Below are positions 11,774-24,944 of a stretch of DNA of 64,000 bases, one piece after another. The DNA is from Felis catus (Eukaryota): positions 19,408,001-19,472,000 of the forward strand of contig NC_058369.1 of the NCBI RefSeq assembly GCF_018350175.1. The letters run 5' to 3'. The translations under genes and the position numbers were made by a program. The notes beneath the pieces are model-generated. The model did no database searches. It was given only the letters and a program-made list of their open reading frames with translations, and was not told the DNA's origin. Numbering within the stretch: the first letter of the stretch is position 1; each line of letters opens with the position of its first letter.

Positions 11774-11861
11774 TTCCTTCCTTCCTTCCTTCCTTCCTTC
11801 CTTCCTTCCTTCCTTCCTTCCTTCCTTCCTTCCTTCCTTCCTTCCTTCCTTCCTTCCTTCC
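11774..11861. repeat. (TTCC)22 microsatellite
   Basis: Perfect tetranucleotide run of 88 nt, lying inside the TSD-bounded tail of the adjacent SINE pair. Confidence 0.97.
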
Positions 11862-12059
11862 TTTAAAGTTTATTTATTTATTTTGAGAGAGAGAGAGAGA
11901 ACAAGCAGGGGAGGAGCAGAGAGAGAGGGAGAGAGACAGAATCCCTGCACTGTCAGCGTAGAACCCAATGTGGGGCTTGAACTCACGAATCCATGAGATC
12001 ATAACCTGAGCCAAAACCAAGAGTCGGATGTTTAACTGACTGAAACACCCAGGTGCCCC
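11862..12059 (-). mobile_element. CAN-SINE (older feliform subfamily), tail-side unit of dimer
   Basis: Reverse-strand element ending caggtgcccc; (GA)n and ttatttatt tail. Confidence 0.92.
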
Positions 12060-12061
12060 AT

Positions 12062-12252
12062 CTTTTTTTTTTTTTTTAAGTTTATTTATTTATTTTGAGA
12101 GCGGGGAGCGGCAGAAAGAGAAGGAGAGATAATTCCAAGCAGGTTCTGCACTGTCAACATGAAGCCGAATGTAGGGCTGGAACTCATGAACCATGAGACC
12201 ATGTCCTGAGCCAAAGTTGGACGCTTAACTGACAGACCCACCCAGGCGTCCC
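12062..12252 (-). mobile_element. CAN-SINE (older feliform subfamily), head-side unit of dimer
   Basis: Reverse-strand element; outer TSD tctgccaagggtt (11763-11775) / tctgcccagggtt (12253-12265). Confidence 0.92.
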
Positions 12253-14224
12253 TCTGCCCAGGGTTTCTAAGGAGGTTCTATGGGTATAAATGCTGTTGGT
12301 GAGACTCGTGCAGGTGGCAGAAGTACCTACTCTGGGAGACAGTTTGAGGTGAGAGGCAAAGACCCAGTCTGACGGTCCTGTCCAATGAGAGAGCCCCCTG
12401 GCCTCCTGGAAGCCCCAATCTGCTATGGGTACAGCCACAGCCCTCAAAAAGCTGTATCTGAGGGGGTGACAGTGTGCAAGCCCTGGGGGTCCTAGTCTGA
12501 GCTGGGAGGCTACCAGACCCCCGTTGATGTGGAGCAGTGAGTTCTCAGGGCCAGTCTCCTGCCTTCCCCCCCCCCCCCCCAGAAGGCTCCAGACCTCCGT
12601 TCCCCCTGAGTAGTTCCTCCACCACTTAGCAACGGAGACAATTTACATAATGCATCGAGTGTGAGAGCAATAATGGCTGGGGAAGCAGGGTGCCCGTTAG
12701 TGGCTCCTCGGGAGGGAAAATACCTGTTCCCACACCACCACCTCCCCCATCACGGACTGGCCGTGAGGCTGCTGGGAAGCAGGTACCTTTAAGTGCTCAG
12801 TGCCACCAAGAGGGAAGGGCCTCCCCAGCCCTGGACATATAGCAACCTTGGGACACAGATGCATGCAAGAGGACATTTCCAAAGCACCCGAGTTTTGAAC
12901 ATAAATCCACCCAGCCGTACTCTGGAGTCTGCACTCCTGCTGGGCCTGAGCCCTGCATCAGGAGCCTTCCCGGAGGAGGAGGTACTCCAGCAGGCGGGAA
13001 GCTGTAGCCGGAGGCCAGGGAGCTAGGCTGCAGCTGCCCAGGAGGCGGTCACATTCAAATACAAAGGCAGAGATGGAAGGGGGAGAATACATAAAAATTA
13101 CTGGCATGGTAATTGCTTTTTATATAAATGTTCTTTTAAAAAGTTTTCCCCAGTGTGAAAGTCCCTCTTTAAAAAGAATAAATTCACTGCACACCAATTT
13201 ATTCTGTGCCTGTAGATGGAGCATAATGAAGGCTCCTCCGTCAACACCTGATCAAGAGGCAAGTGGCTGCCACTTGACCCAGGTTCCGGGTCTTCCTGCA
13301 CGAAGATGAGGCAGGCAGCAGCGGAGCCTGGGAGTCTGGGGGCAGCAGGAAAGTGGGGAATTGTCATCCAGGAAACTCTGGGCCTTAAGGCCAAGCCCAA
13401 CAAACGGCATTAGTGCCTCAGGAGCTGCACTTGAGTGGAGCATTCAGAACAGGGGCAGCCACTGTCACGCACAAGGGGAGATACATGGGGCCGTAGGAGC
13501 TGGGATGCATGGGGGGGGGGGGGAGACAGGAGAGGGGAGGTGTTCAGCAGGCTTCTGGGGGGTGGGGATCAGGCCCAGGGTCTGCCTACAGGGCATATGC
13601 AGGAAGCTGGCTGGTGACAAGGTACCTGGTGGGTGTAAATGGGAGAGGTCTGTCCTGGGCTTCCTGTCCAGGAAGCTCAAGCTCTGCTCGAAGCCCGTAG
13701 ACACCCAAACTGTTTGGCCATCTCCAGAAAGTAACGCTTCCGTCCAGGGAAGGAAGGGCTACTCTCCCTCACCAGGATGCCCAAGACCTAGGAAGGAGGC
13801 TCCTGCACATGGCCACAGCTCTGTCATCTGTGAAATGGGAACAATGTCCTGGTGGCCTCACCACCCAGCCTCTCTGAGCAGTGGACTGGGGACGATGAGG
13901 ACTGCCTGCACAGGCCTGTGCTCTCCAAAGTGGGACCACTTGGTTCAACACCCATCCCAGGATGCAGACACACATGGGTGTGAGGACACAGATCCATAGC
14001 CGACCAGCACCTTGTCCCCCCTGCAGGGCTGCTGAGCACAGCGGCAGGCAGAGTAACTTGGGGGGATGTGTCCCATACATGGGAACATGGTGTGTGCATG
14101 AATGTGAGCTCCTCACCCACAGATGAGATTTCTCAGCTTCACTAATTAACCAGTTAAGTAGTTCTCGCCTGCTCGGGTGACACAGAGCTTCTGGCACCTG
14201 CCTCCTCGCAGGCCCACCCTGCTC

Positions 14225-14485
14225 TGTAAGCATGCCTGCTCCCACCTCCATACAGAGCTCAGCCACATACACATGCGTGCATATGCACACTTGCCTGGTC
14301 ACACCCCCCATGAAGCACACATGCTTTCCGGAGCACATGCACGTGCATACCTGCTCACGCCCCCACACACAGCACACATGCAGGTTTGTGGGTTCTCTTC
14401 TGTGCGTGCACATACTCACATCCCACATGCAGCATCACGCTCCTGTCCTCTCCCACACGTGGTCAGTCACACTCCACCTTACACA
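14225..14485. repeat. Degenerate CA/CATG-rich low-complexity tract
   Basis: Alternating purine-pyrimidine runs (cacatacacatgcgtgcatatgcacac, cacacacagcacacatgc). Confidence 0.75.
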
Positions 14486-16448
14486 AACCTCTATAGGTCA
14501 GAGAGGTGTCTCCCAGTGAGTCAAGGGACCAAGAATCAATCACAGGGGGCTGCCTGCCTTCTAGGTCTGACTGCCCTGTGCAGGTGGACTCTGGGGAGGC
14601 CTGGGCATGACCCTGCTTTCTGGTCATGATCTCCCTACCCCATATAATGCCCATCAGAGGCTCCTGGCAGCCCCTGTCTTCTCTGTGTACCCAAAGGATG
14701 CAAAAGCAGAAGGGAGTGGGGACACCAGACATCACTGGCCTCAGCCCCAACCTGGAGGGCTTCCTGAGGGAGGGAGCTGTGGGTTGGGTTTAAAACTGGG
14801 GTCAGACCCAGAGGGGATGGGGGTAAGTGAGGAGAGTGGCAAGTGGACTAGAGAGAGAAGCTAGGATGTCTAGTGGGAACGGGGCAGGCACAGCAATGGC
14901 TGGGTGGCCCAAAGGCTCACTGCTCCCCCTGCCCAGACCACACACCTTGGCCAGGCCTTTAAGTCACTCTGGGAACAGCCCATCATCTCCCACCCCAGCC
15001 TGATATCTGGGTGCCAACACATCTTGCAGCTGGCTCTTCTCTTGAGCCCTTTTTCACGGCCCCCACACCCTCCATTCCCTCACATAGGGGGACCAAGCCT
15101 GGCAGACCCCATGTCAGCCTACCTGTCTGGGGGCATCTGGCACTGAAGGTGTATCTTGATGCAGGGTCTGTTTTCCCATGTGGGGCTGAATGGTTCCCAT
15201 GGTCCTGTGGGACAGTCAGAGCCCTGGACTTCCCCCTCTCAGTCCTCAGATGCCTGCCACTTTGCTTATCCATCGAGCAGTTACTAGCTAATACCTACTC
15301 CATGCCAGCCTGTGGGCACACAGATGCATATCTGTACACTGCAGGCATGTGTGTATATGTGCATCCCATGAGTGTGCAGCCTGCTTCTCCACCCAGACTG
15401 TACATCCTCTTAGGTGGGGCCCAGCCCCCGATCCCACACTCTGACCCCAGGATGCTCGAGCCTTAGGGTTCCCTAATTCATAAGAACCCAAGGATGGACA
15501 AGGAGGGGTCTGAGGAGTCTGTCCAGGATCTACCCCCTGCCTCCACCCACACATACAAGTAGCCAGCTAGCTGCCCTGCAGAGTCCGGAGAGAGGTATGT
15601 GAACCAGGTCCCAGGGCCAGGAGAGAGGTATGTGAAAGACAGGAGGTTTAAGGCTCTATAACCTTCTCCAAACTCTAGATCTTTGCTCACAAGGACTGGA
15701 GAGCCATGCTCAGAGAAGGTGGAGGGAGGCCAGGCTGAGCCTGCGTCTCCTGCCTGGTCGTGGTAAATGCTGCTCATGCTGCCCCTGGGGCCGGCTGTGG
15801 TTTGTCAGAACCAATTACTTCTCTGCCTCTGCCAAATGCTCGGGGCTCCACAAATCTCAGGCAAGTGTCCCCGTGGCTGCCACCGATCCAGCAATGCATG
15901 GGCATAGAGGAGCAGGAAGGAATGCAGATCGGGTCAGCCATCCCCAGGGGCCCAGCATGGAAACCCATTCGGTTCTCTACCCCCATCCCCCATCTCCCAC
16001 CCCTGATCATCCACACCAGCTCCTGGCTCTGGACATGCAGCCCCATTGCTCTCCCGAGGTGACTGCAGAGGCCAGCGGGGAGGGAAGCAGATCCTGGCCT
16101 CTTCTCAACGGTCTGCAAATATGAGCCCCCATCGGAGCTGACCCCCAGCTGTCCTGGCTACAAGGCCATCATGTCTGGGGACCCCAGGAGAGAGCTAGGG
16201 TATTCACCAGAACAGTCTTACTGTGTGTGTGGGACGGGGAGTGAGGGTGTCTTGCATTAGGAAAGTCTAGCAGACAAACATCTTAGACTCCCAAGATGGA
16301 AGGATTGTGGGGCATCCACTTCAGGAAAGGAGTATTGTGTAAAGCCATAGGTTCTCAACCAAAACTTCCAGACAGAGGCACTCTGTCTGCCTGGTGAGGT
16401 TCTGACCATGCCTCTGAGATCGTCTCTTCTTTAAGCTGAGGGACCTCA

Positions 16449-16555
16449 TGCCTGGCTGGCTCAGCTGGAGGAGCATGCAACTGGAGTTGTGGGTTTGAGC
16501 CCCGTGCTGGCTGTAGAGATGACTTAATTAAGTTTAAAAAATAAAAATAAAAAAA
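16449..16555 (+). mobile_element. Short tRNA-derived CAN-SINE (SINEC_old-like), internally deleted
   Basis: tgcctggctggctcagctggaggagcatgcaact...tttgagccccgtg...tgtagagatgactta plus A-rich tail; degenerate TSD taagctgagggacc / taaactgaggggcc. Confidence 0.8.
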
Positions 16556-17013
16556 TAAACTGAGGGGCCCTGATCAGAGAATCTTCCACACATCCCTGGA
16601 GCTGAGGATCAAGAACCCATGATCCTCAGCCCTGGCCTTGGCCATACCATTTCCTGACCCACCACCCTATCCCCAGTGCCAGTACCTGGGGCTGGCCCAG
16701 AGATCAGTGGTTTCCTACCACCTCTACTCTACTGCCAGCCAAGCCCCATGCCCAATCCACCAGGCCTGGAGACAAGCTGCCAACTGGCTGACTGATTTGA
16801 GAAACCGACACACAGGCCTCTTCTGGGGTATAGGGGACCTTCCCTTCACTTCTGCCGGCCTCCTCCCTAGGGATGCCTCTGCAGCTACCTCCCTAGGTTC
16901 CTGGCCCAAGAAACCACTCACCCTTCCCTGGCCCATAGGCCCTGTTTCTTCAAGCCCTGGTGGCTTTTGTGCCTCTCCCTGTAAGGTTCCCAAAAGATGT
17001 CATGGTCAGCCAG

Positions 17014-17386
17014 TGCTAAAGACTGAATATTTGTGTTGCCCCCAAATCCATATGTTGCAACCTAATCCCAACATGATGGTATCTGGAGGTGGGCTCTATG
17101 GGAAGTGATTAGGTCATAAGGGCAGAGCCCTTGTAAATGGGATCAGTGTCCTTATTACAGACCCCAGAAAGATCCTTCACCCTTCCACCATGTGAGGACA
17201 TGGCAAGAAGAGAGCCGTCTACGAACCATGAAGTCTACGAACCATGAAGAGGGCCTTAACCAGACACCAAATCTGTTGACACCTTGATATTGGAATTTCA
17301 GCCTCCAGAACCATTAAAAATACATTCTGTTGTTTATAAGCCACCCGTCTATGGTATTCTGCTATAGCAGCTAGAACAGACTCGCA
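17014..17386 (+). mobile_element. MaLR solo LTR (MLT1A-like)
   Basis: Starts tgctaaagactgaatatttgtg, contains gtgattaggtcataagggcagagccc and ccttgatattggaatttcagcctccagaac, ends tgtttataagccacccgtctatggtattctgctatagcagc. Confidence 0.9.
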
Positions 17387-20300
17387 GCAGGGAGGAGAAA
17401 ACAGATTTCCAAATTCCTGGGCTGAGACAAGCAAAGGGGACACCTTGGGCATCTGAACTTCCCCAAACTGTGACCAATTCCTAGAAGGGGAAGCATCTGA
17501 TAGATGGGGGGGGGCGCATAAAGGTACCCCCACATTTGCAGGACTCTGTTTGCAGCCTTTCCTTGTCCCTGGTCCCTTAAGATCCTCTCATCTCCCATGA
17601 GAATAGAGGCACTCGGGTTCCTATTTCACGAATGGGGGAAGCAAGATTTAGAGGGGCAGGACAACAGGCCCGGGTCCCTCAGTGTGGGAAGACCCAGCCC
17701 CGCCATTCCTGCCCTCTCCAGTCTTTCCACCACCACCCACCACGGGGTTGCTGCCCATGGCACAGGTTCCATGTTCAAGCTCCAGTTCTGCCACTTACCA
17801 GCTGCAGGACCTCAGGCAGGTCTCACCTTAGGAATGCACAACTCTCTTCTCCACATCTGGGCTGGTCCCTATCCTCTGGAACTGACCTCGGATGTGGCCC
17901 CACAGTGACCTCTTGACACAAGCTGGAAGCTGATGGTCACCCTCCCATGCCTGTACCACCAGCCATGGGTCTGCTGATCCCACCCAGAGAGGCCTCTCCC
18001 GTAGACTTGTCCCCACCACACCCACGACCTCCACAGGCACCTGGGCAGCAGCTCCTCACTAAGACTGTGCCAGAATTCCAGAAGCATCCTAGCAGGGCTC
18101 CCTGCTCCAGCCTCCCCCTCTAAGACTCCAGGAGCAAGAGGCTCTGAATTGGCCACGGAGGCAACCACCGACTCAGGCCCTTCTGGGGGCCTTTCTGTCA
18201 CGGCATCCTCCACCTTCTGTGAGGTCTTTCTGACCTAACATCCTCACACTCTGTGGGGAGTAGGAAGAGGAGAGGCCTGGGAGAAGACAGGGGCTGAGAA
18301 GGGTACTGGCCCAGCCTTAGCAGTCCTGGAGGAGCCCTTGGGGTCGGGGAGGCTCTAGCAGCTGGTCCCCATGGAAGGGATGGCCAACTATAAGCCAGGG
18401 CCCCTGGGCAAAGTGTCTCAGGGCAGCCCTTCCCCCACACTGACCTCCCTGCACCCCTTCTCTGATGGGAGGGTGTGTGGAAGGGGTGCCGGAGACCCAA
18501 GCCAGTCAGCTGGCCCTCAGGCAGGAGTTCCTGCCACAGATTAAACGGCTTTTGAAAAGCTTCAAAAATGGAATTTTCTCCTGTAGGCGACAAAGGGGTG
18601 TGTGGGGGGAGGGGGCAGGCAGGAGGATACACAGGCTCCCTCTCTCACCACACAGTACTCAGAAGAGAGCATCCCAGACCTTAAGTGGGGGGAGGGGCAG
18701 AAGAGGCACCACCCCCCCAGGACAGGCCTGGAAGGAAAAGAAGTGGGGAGCTTGCGCTGGGGAGACAGAGAGGGGGTCCAGGCAGGCTTCGGCCAGGCTT
18801 CCATGCATCTGCCTCTGTGTATCCAATTATGCTCAAGTGGCAGCCTCACCATGTTTCAGACACCCTCCCAGGAGCCCCTCCTCAGCCCCATGCATCCCCG
18901 CTGGGTGCCGAGCAAGAGGACCATATGGAGGGAATAATAAGACAATTAACTTTCCATTAAAGAATAATATATGTGGGTTTTTAGGGAGGCGAGCGGCAGC
19001 AATCCCTACCCAGCGGCATATTTCACACTCGCGCCCCCCCCCACCTCCACCCGGACGCACCCCACATCCTGATCATCTTCACCAGGAGAGAGGAGGGCTC
19101 CATTGGGACTCACTAGGAGGTGGCTGGAGGACGGGTGTCGGCTTTGTGAGGAGCAAGAGCAGAGCCCCTAGGACTGAGGCTTCTGGAAGCCTTGAGGAGA
19201 GGTTATGATGAGCCCGGGTGGGGCTCCCTCACCACCCCTCACTTGACTCTGACCTGTGCTGGTCCCCAAGATGAGGGAAGGGGTTGGGGGTAGGGGTCCG
19301 CCTGGCCAAGGAGCTGCAGGCCTGACTCTCGGGGCACATGTGAACCACGGTGCTCTGACAGAAAGACCAACTACGGGGTCTGGGGGTCACAATCACTTGA
19401 GTTCCCCTTTCCTGACCCTCCAGGGGCTGTTCTGTTCCCTGGCACCTCCCCCTACCCCAGCTTCCTTCTTTCTCTTCTGCCTCAGCTCCCTCTGGGGCTC
19501 TGAGCTTCCCTGGCGCTTTTGGACAGTGCTAACCCCACCTGAATGCCCAGAAGCCCAGAGAGGACCCTCCCCAGTGGAGGCCAACAACAGCCTTGGCCAG
19601 CGCCCCCAAACCAGTATGTGAGTATGCATGAGTTTCAGGAATTGGTGGTACCAGTCAGTGGGGAGAGTTGGAGAAACAGCAGGAGGCGTGTCTCAAAGGC
19701 ACCTAAGAAGGGGCCCTGTTTCCACTTTGCTGAGCCCCTCAGGAAAGGCACTCTTGATGTGGCCAGACTTTGGTCCTTGCCAGGAGCCAGCTCCAGATGT
19801 GGCACTCTGCAAATATTAATTACACATTCCCAGGGAGCAGTGAGCAGACGGGGTACAGGGATGGCCAGGGGCAGACAAGTTGGGCTGGGACTGTGGCACC
19901 GTCACTGGTTCAAAAATGCCATTCCTGGCTACCCAGAGAAGTGAGGACACATGGATGCTATTGGTCTGAATCACCATGACAGTCCAGAGAAGCACAGCAG
20001 TGGGGAGGGGAGCAGGAGATTTGGTTAGGGATCTGAGTCCCAGGGTCCTATTTTCTGTGGATGTAGCTCCATGGCTTAGGGGAGGGGCTGCCTCAGGGTA
20101 GCTCCTCCAGGCAGGCCCCAGGCCTGCACTTCTAGCTTGGTGCTTCTCCCCATCCCCACTACTACTTAAGATTGGCCTGTCAGGGCTCCAGAATGGGACT
20201 GGCTAGAGAAGACTGTCACTCAGGACCTTGATTTCCCCATTTATATGAAAGGACTACAGGAGTAATCAGCAGCATGCAGCTAGGCTGAGGCCATCATGGA

Positions 20301-23300
20301 ACTGCAGCAGCCAGGGATGTTGACAGGGCTCTAAGCCATTTCTGCCCCAATCAGGAGGCGAGGCAGGAGGGGTTGATGTGGAATGAGAAAGGCCCCGATG
20401 GGTCTAGACTTGACTTGACACTTCTCAGAGGATGGCCTGTGGACCCCAGGCATGATCATCCCAGGTCTCAGTTCCCAGCCCAGCTCTGGTCAGGAAGCCC
20501 TCCCTCACCCCAGAGAGAGGATCTTCTTACTTCCTTCTTTAGAAACTCTGCAAAGAAGGTGTCTCACCCAGGTCAGAAACCCATCTCAGGATGACACACA
20601 CCTGATGAGCCACTGATGCTTCCTCATGTCTGACTACAATCTCTCCAGCTTTGCTTTTCCACAAGGTCCCCAGAGTTGTTCCCCTTCTCCCTGGACACCC
20701 AGTCAAAAGTCAGTAGGTCCCTGGCTATACCCGTCAGAGTGACCTGGTCTTCAAAGTGGGGAGACCAGCCATCTCCACATCCTCCCCCATGCAACCCAGG
20801 CACCTGATGAATTATTCATCCTGATCAGCCTCATTATGTAAATGAGTTCAGAGCCCAAGCATATGCTCTCTGCTCTTCCCTGCACCCCCCCCCCCACCTC
20901 GCCCCAGAGGATGGGGACAATATGGTGGTGATGGGGGAGGGCAGAGTAGGAGCTTGGGAGACCATCATCAGCCTCCAGGGGTTCTGGAGGGGGCAGAGTA
21001 TACAGTCCACACTTTTGTGGCCTGTTCACATCAGGAGTAGGCCAGGGCTTGGGGGGAGGTGGGGCTGGGGTACCCAGGGCGGGCATGGCTTAGGAGTGTC
21101 TGGCTAAGCATGGGGGTGGGAATGACATGTGAGAACCAGGCCACAGCAGGAGCTCCCACTGTGTGCTGGACCTGGGCTTAGACGAGGAAACATGACGCGG
21201 TCTTCACAGAGCCCCCACATCCCACCTAGGTGTGCCATGGCTTCTAACCTGTAAGTGGGCCCCAGTCTGCACCTAGCCATGCCCCCACGATGTTGTGATG
21301 AGGTCAGGAGGAAGAAAGTGCCAAGTCAAGGAAAATGCTCCCAAATGCCACTGTCTGCAGTTTCTGGACTCTTGCAGCTGCCAGCTCTTGCAGCGCCCAG
21401 CTTCTGGGAGTGGGGCAGCCTCTAGGACTAGGGTAGGGGGAGAGGGCAGCCATGCAGCAGAAGAAGGCCAAGGGGGCCCAGATGCCAGGACACCCTGGCT
21501 GTAGGGTGTTTGGGGGTAGCACGGAATCAGCTCAGGGAGACCTGGGGAGGCCACTGGGGAATGAGGCTGCCAGCTTGGCAGAGCTGGTGCCAGGATCCCC
21601 GGGAGCGTCTGCAGTTGGGTCAGGGCTCTGCTGCAAGCATCCTCCTGACCCATCGGAGCTGGGCATAGGCTGGGTACACGGGCCCTCTCACGTGCATTTG
21701 AAGGAGAGCCATGGTGACTCAGTCAGATTTGGGATGGGCTGTAGGGGGTGGGGAGGCTGGCTGCCTCCCACTCCCGTGGGATTGTCCTTTTCCTCTAGAA
21801 TTCTTCACCTGCTTCCCTGCCGCCCACCTCGCCAGAGTGTCCAGTGCCAAGAAGCAGGCCCAGAGCTGTCAGCGGGAAGTAAGAGGCTGAGGTGGCGGTG
21901 AGAAAAAACTGGAGCAGGACAGAGAGCCGCTGGAGAGCTGGCACCCGTCGGTAGGGAGAGGGATGCCAGGAGGAGCCAGCCAGGAATACCAGGTCAGCAC
22001 TCCTCTGCCTGCGGCCAGGCTGGCCACAGCTACACCAAGCATGGCCCCTGCTCTAGCCCAGCTCCTCACTTCCCCAGGTTCATCCTGCCCACCCTTCCAA
22101 GAGGTGCAACCAGAGGGGGAGCAGCACCCTGGAACAGGAGTCCCATCCCAAGTCTCAGGTCTGCCACAGCTGGCTGCCTGACTTTGGTTATGGCTGGCCA
22201 GGTGGGGGTGGGGCAAGATGTGCTCGTTGACGAAAGTGTCTGGAATCACTCAATTCCCATCAGAAAGGAAATGATCAACACATCCTAGGAATGAAAATGA
22301 TCAGTAAGGGGAATTCATATTTCTAGAAAAGGGGGTGTATCTGTGTCAACCTATCCACTGCTATTCTCACCACCTTGTCCTCTAGCCAGACTTCCCAGCT
22401 ATGCCATGGACCAAGAATGAGAATCAGAGAGGGTCCAGGACTTTCCCAGGAGCACACAGTAGGGGTGCTGAGCTAGGCTTCTATCTCTGGTTCTCACCAG
22501 CCAGGGAGCTCAATGGTTTAGACAGAACCAAATCGCATGCATTGAAACGTGTGCATTATTTTCTCGCTGGCAAACTATCAGGGTCTGAGTTGTCCATGAC
22601 TATAAAATAAATAATGTCCTCACACTGAGAATTCGAAGCGTGGAAGGTTCTTGACCGGAGGTGCATAGTTAACTCCTTATGTGGGGTACATCTTTTGTTA
22701 CAATACAAAACTTGGAAAGGCACTTTGCACACATTCTAGGGAACTATCATTTCTTCATTAACCTACAAGGCTACACTTGGCAGTGCCCACTTAGAACCTA
22801 GTTAGTGCCGGGTGCTATGCCTGAGCATAAATTCACTTCTGTTCTGGAACAGCTTTTCCTACAGTGCCTTCTCTGGAAAGCTCTGCTGGCCTCCAAGTAC
22901 GGCTGAGTCACTGAGAGTTCACAGGAAGAGTGGGATGGGGGTTACTGCAATTCAAGCCCAGCAATCAGGGCTGGGAGGTTCAGAGAGGTTGGGCCACTAC
23001 GGGGAGGACACCCAGCAAATTGGGGGCTGAGATCTTCAGAGCTGGACTCTCTCTCCTTGTCATGCTACCACCTTGTTAGCCACCCCTGATCGGCCCATTT
23101 GTGCCAGAGGTCCTACATCCACAGCCAGTGTCAACATACTCACTGCCACCCCTATTTCCTGAGTGCCTGCTATAAGCCAAGCAGGGGGAAAGGACCAAGG
23201 ACAAAACCCCATGGTAGCTTCCCCATAGAGGTGACACCTGCTGATCCCAGTCCTGACCAAGAGGGATGACACAAACAGAGGCATATCTAATCACTGGGTC

Positions 23301-23914
23301 AAGACCTGGACTCTTGGCTAAACTACAGTAACTCTGTTTACTCTGCTGTTCCCGGGACAACCATCGGCAGAAGAACCCTGTTGATCCCTGCTCGGTTCTG
23401 GTCAGGCGTCCTGGCCCAAGCCTCTAGCAACGAGCTCCCAAAGTCCCACAGGTCCCTGGGAGTCCCCCCAAGCACTCCAAGAGCTCAGCTCTCAGAGCTT
23501 CTGCATCTCCACACAAAGAGCGACGGCTCAGGAACCTGACAGCGACACATTTTGCAGCCTTCTGGGGGTGACGGATGGCCTGCTCTTCACATCACTATTT
23601 CAAACATTAACATAATCTCCGAGGATGAATGTGGTTGCTGGCGCCTAATCAATCACCCCTCCTGCCCTGATCCCTCAACTTGCCAAGCACAGGCTTTCAA
23701 CCCATCTCCTGCTACAGCGCCTTGAGCAGCCAGCACTGCTCTCCACTGTTGTTTGGCCTGGCCACCCCACTCATTGCATGGACAGTCCTCAGCCTCCATG
23801 CACAACTGCATCCTGAACCCTCCAGGGCCTGCCCCCCTGCCTCAGGCGCTGTCTCAAACACAGACCTCACCCACCTGAAAACCTGAAAGCCCAACACCCC
23901 AACATCGGAGCTCA

Positions 23915-24313
<399 letters not shown>

Positions 24314-24944
24314 TCACTAGAGAAGAAACAAAGGCTAGGAAGCAGAGTGAGCCTATGATTCCTTTTGAAGACTAGACCTGGTGGCCCAGGCTCTCCTCAC
24401 GTACTGTTGGACAGCCAGGGAGGAGAGCAGATTGTAGTTTAAATGCACTGAGGGAGTCCAGCAGCTCCAAGAAGCCTGCAGGGAGACTATTTTTCACTGT
24501 GAAGAGCTAGCCCTTGATGTGGATGCTCTGAACACGGGGACTCTGGACACCAGGGAAGAGGGGGACATGAGTGAGCCACGTGGAGGCTGGGATCTCAGAG
24601 TCTCCTGTCCCCAAGGCTGGGTGGGGCCTGAGGAAGGGGAGGGAACAGGAGTCACTGCTGTCACCACCAAGTCATTGTGTAGCTGGGGGCAGATCCCTGC
24701 CTGCCCCCCTCCCAGCCCCCTGTAGGCCTCAACTGAGAAGGATATGGAGAACCTGGGGCGGAGACAGCCCTCACCTTTCCAGCACCCGGGGAAACAGATG
24801 CTATCTGAAGCTCATACATACACACCCTGCATGAACTGGCCACCCACAGGTCCAGTTCAGACTGTCCCACTCCTTTCTGGAGGCCTGGCACCTCCAGAGT
24901 CTTTCACCTAAGCCACCTGCCTGAGCAGGTCTCCTTCACACTGG

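Noticed and set aside
13361..14629. 212-aa, 219-aa and 150-aa ORFs, and His/Cys/Thr-rich ORFs near 43550-44007
   Set aside because: Products of GC-rich or CA-repeat low-complexity sequence, with no homology I recognise.
18465..19208. 247-aa plus-strand ORF antisense to the intron
   Set aside because: No recognisable domain, and composition is consistent with a chance ORF in G-rich DNA.
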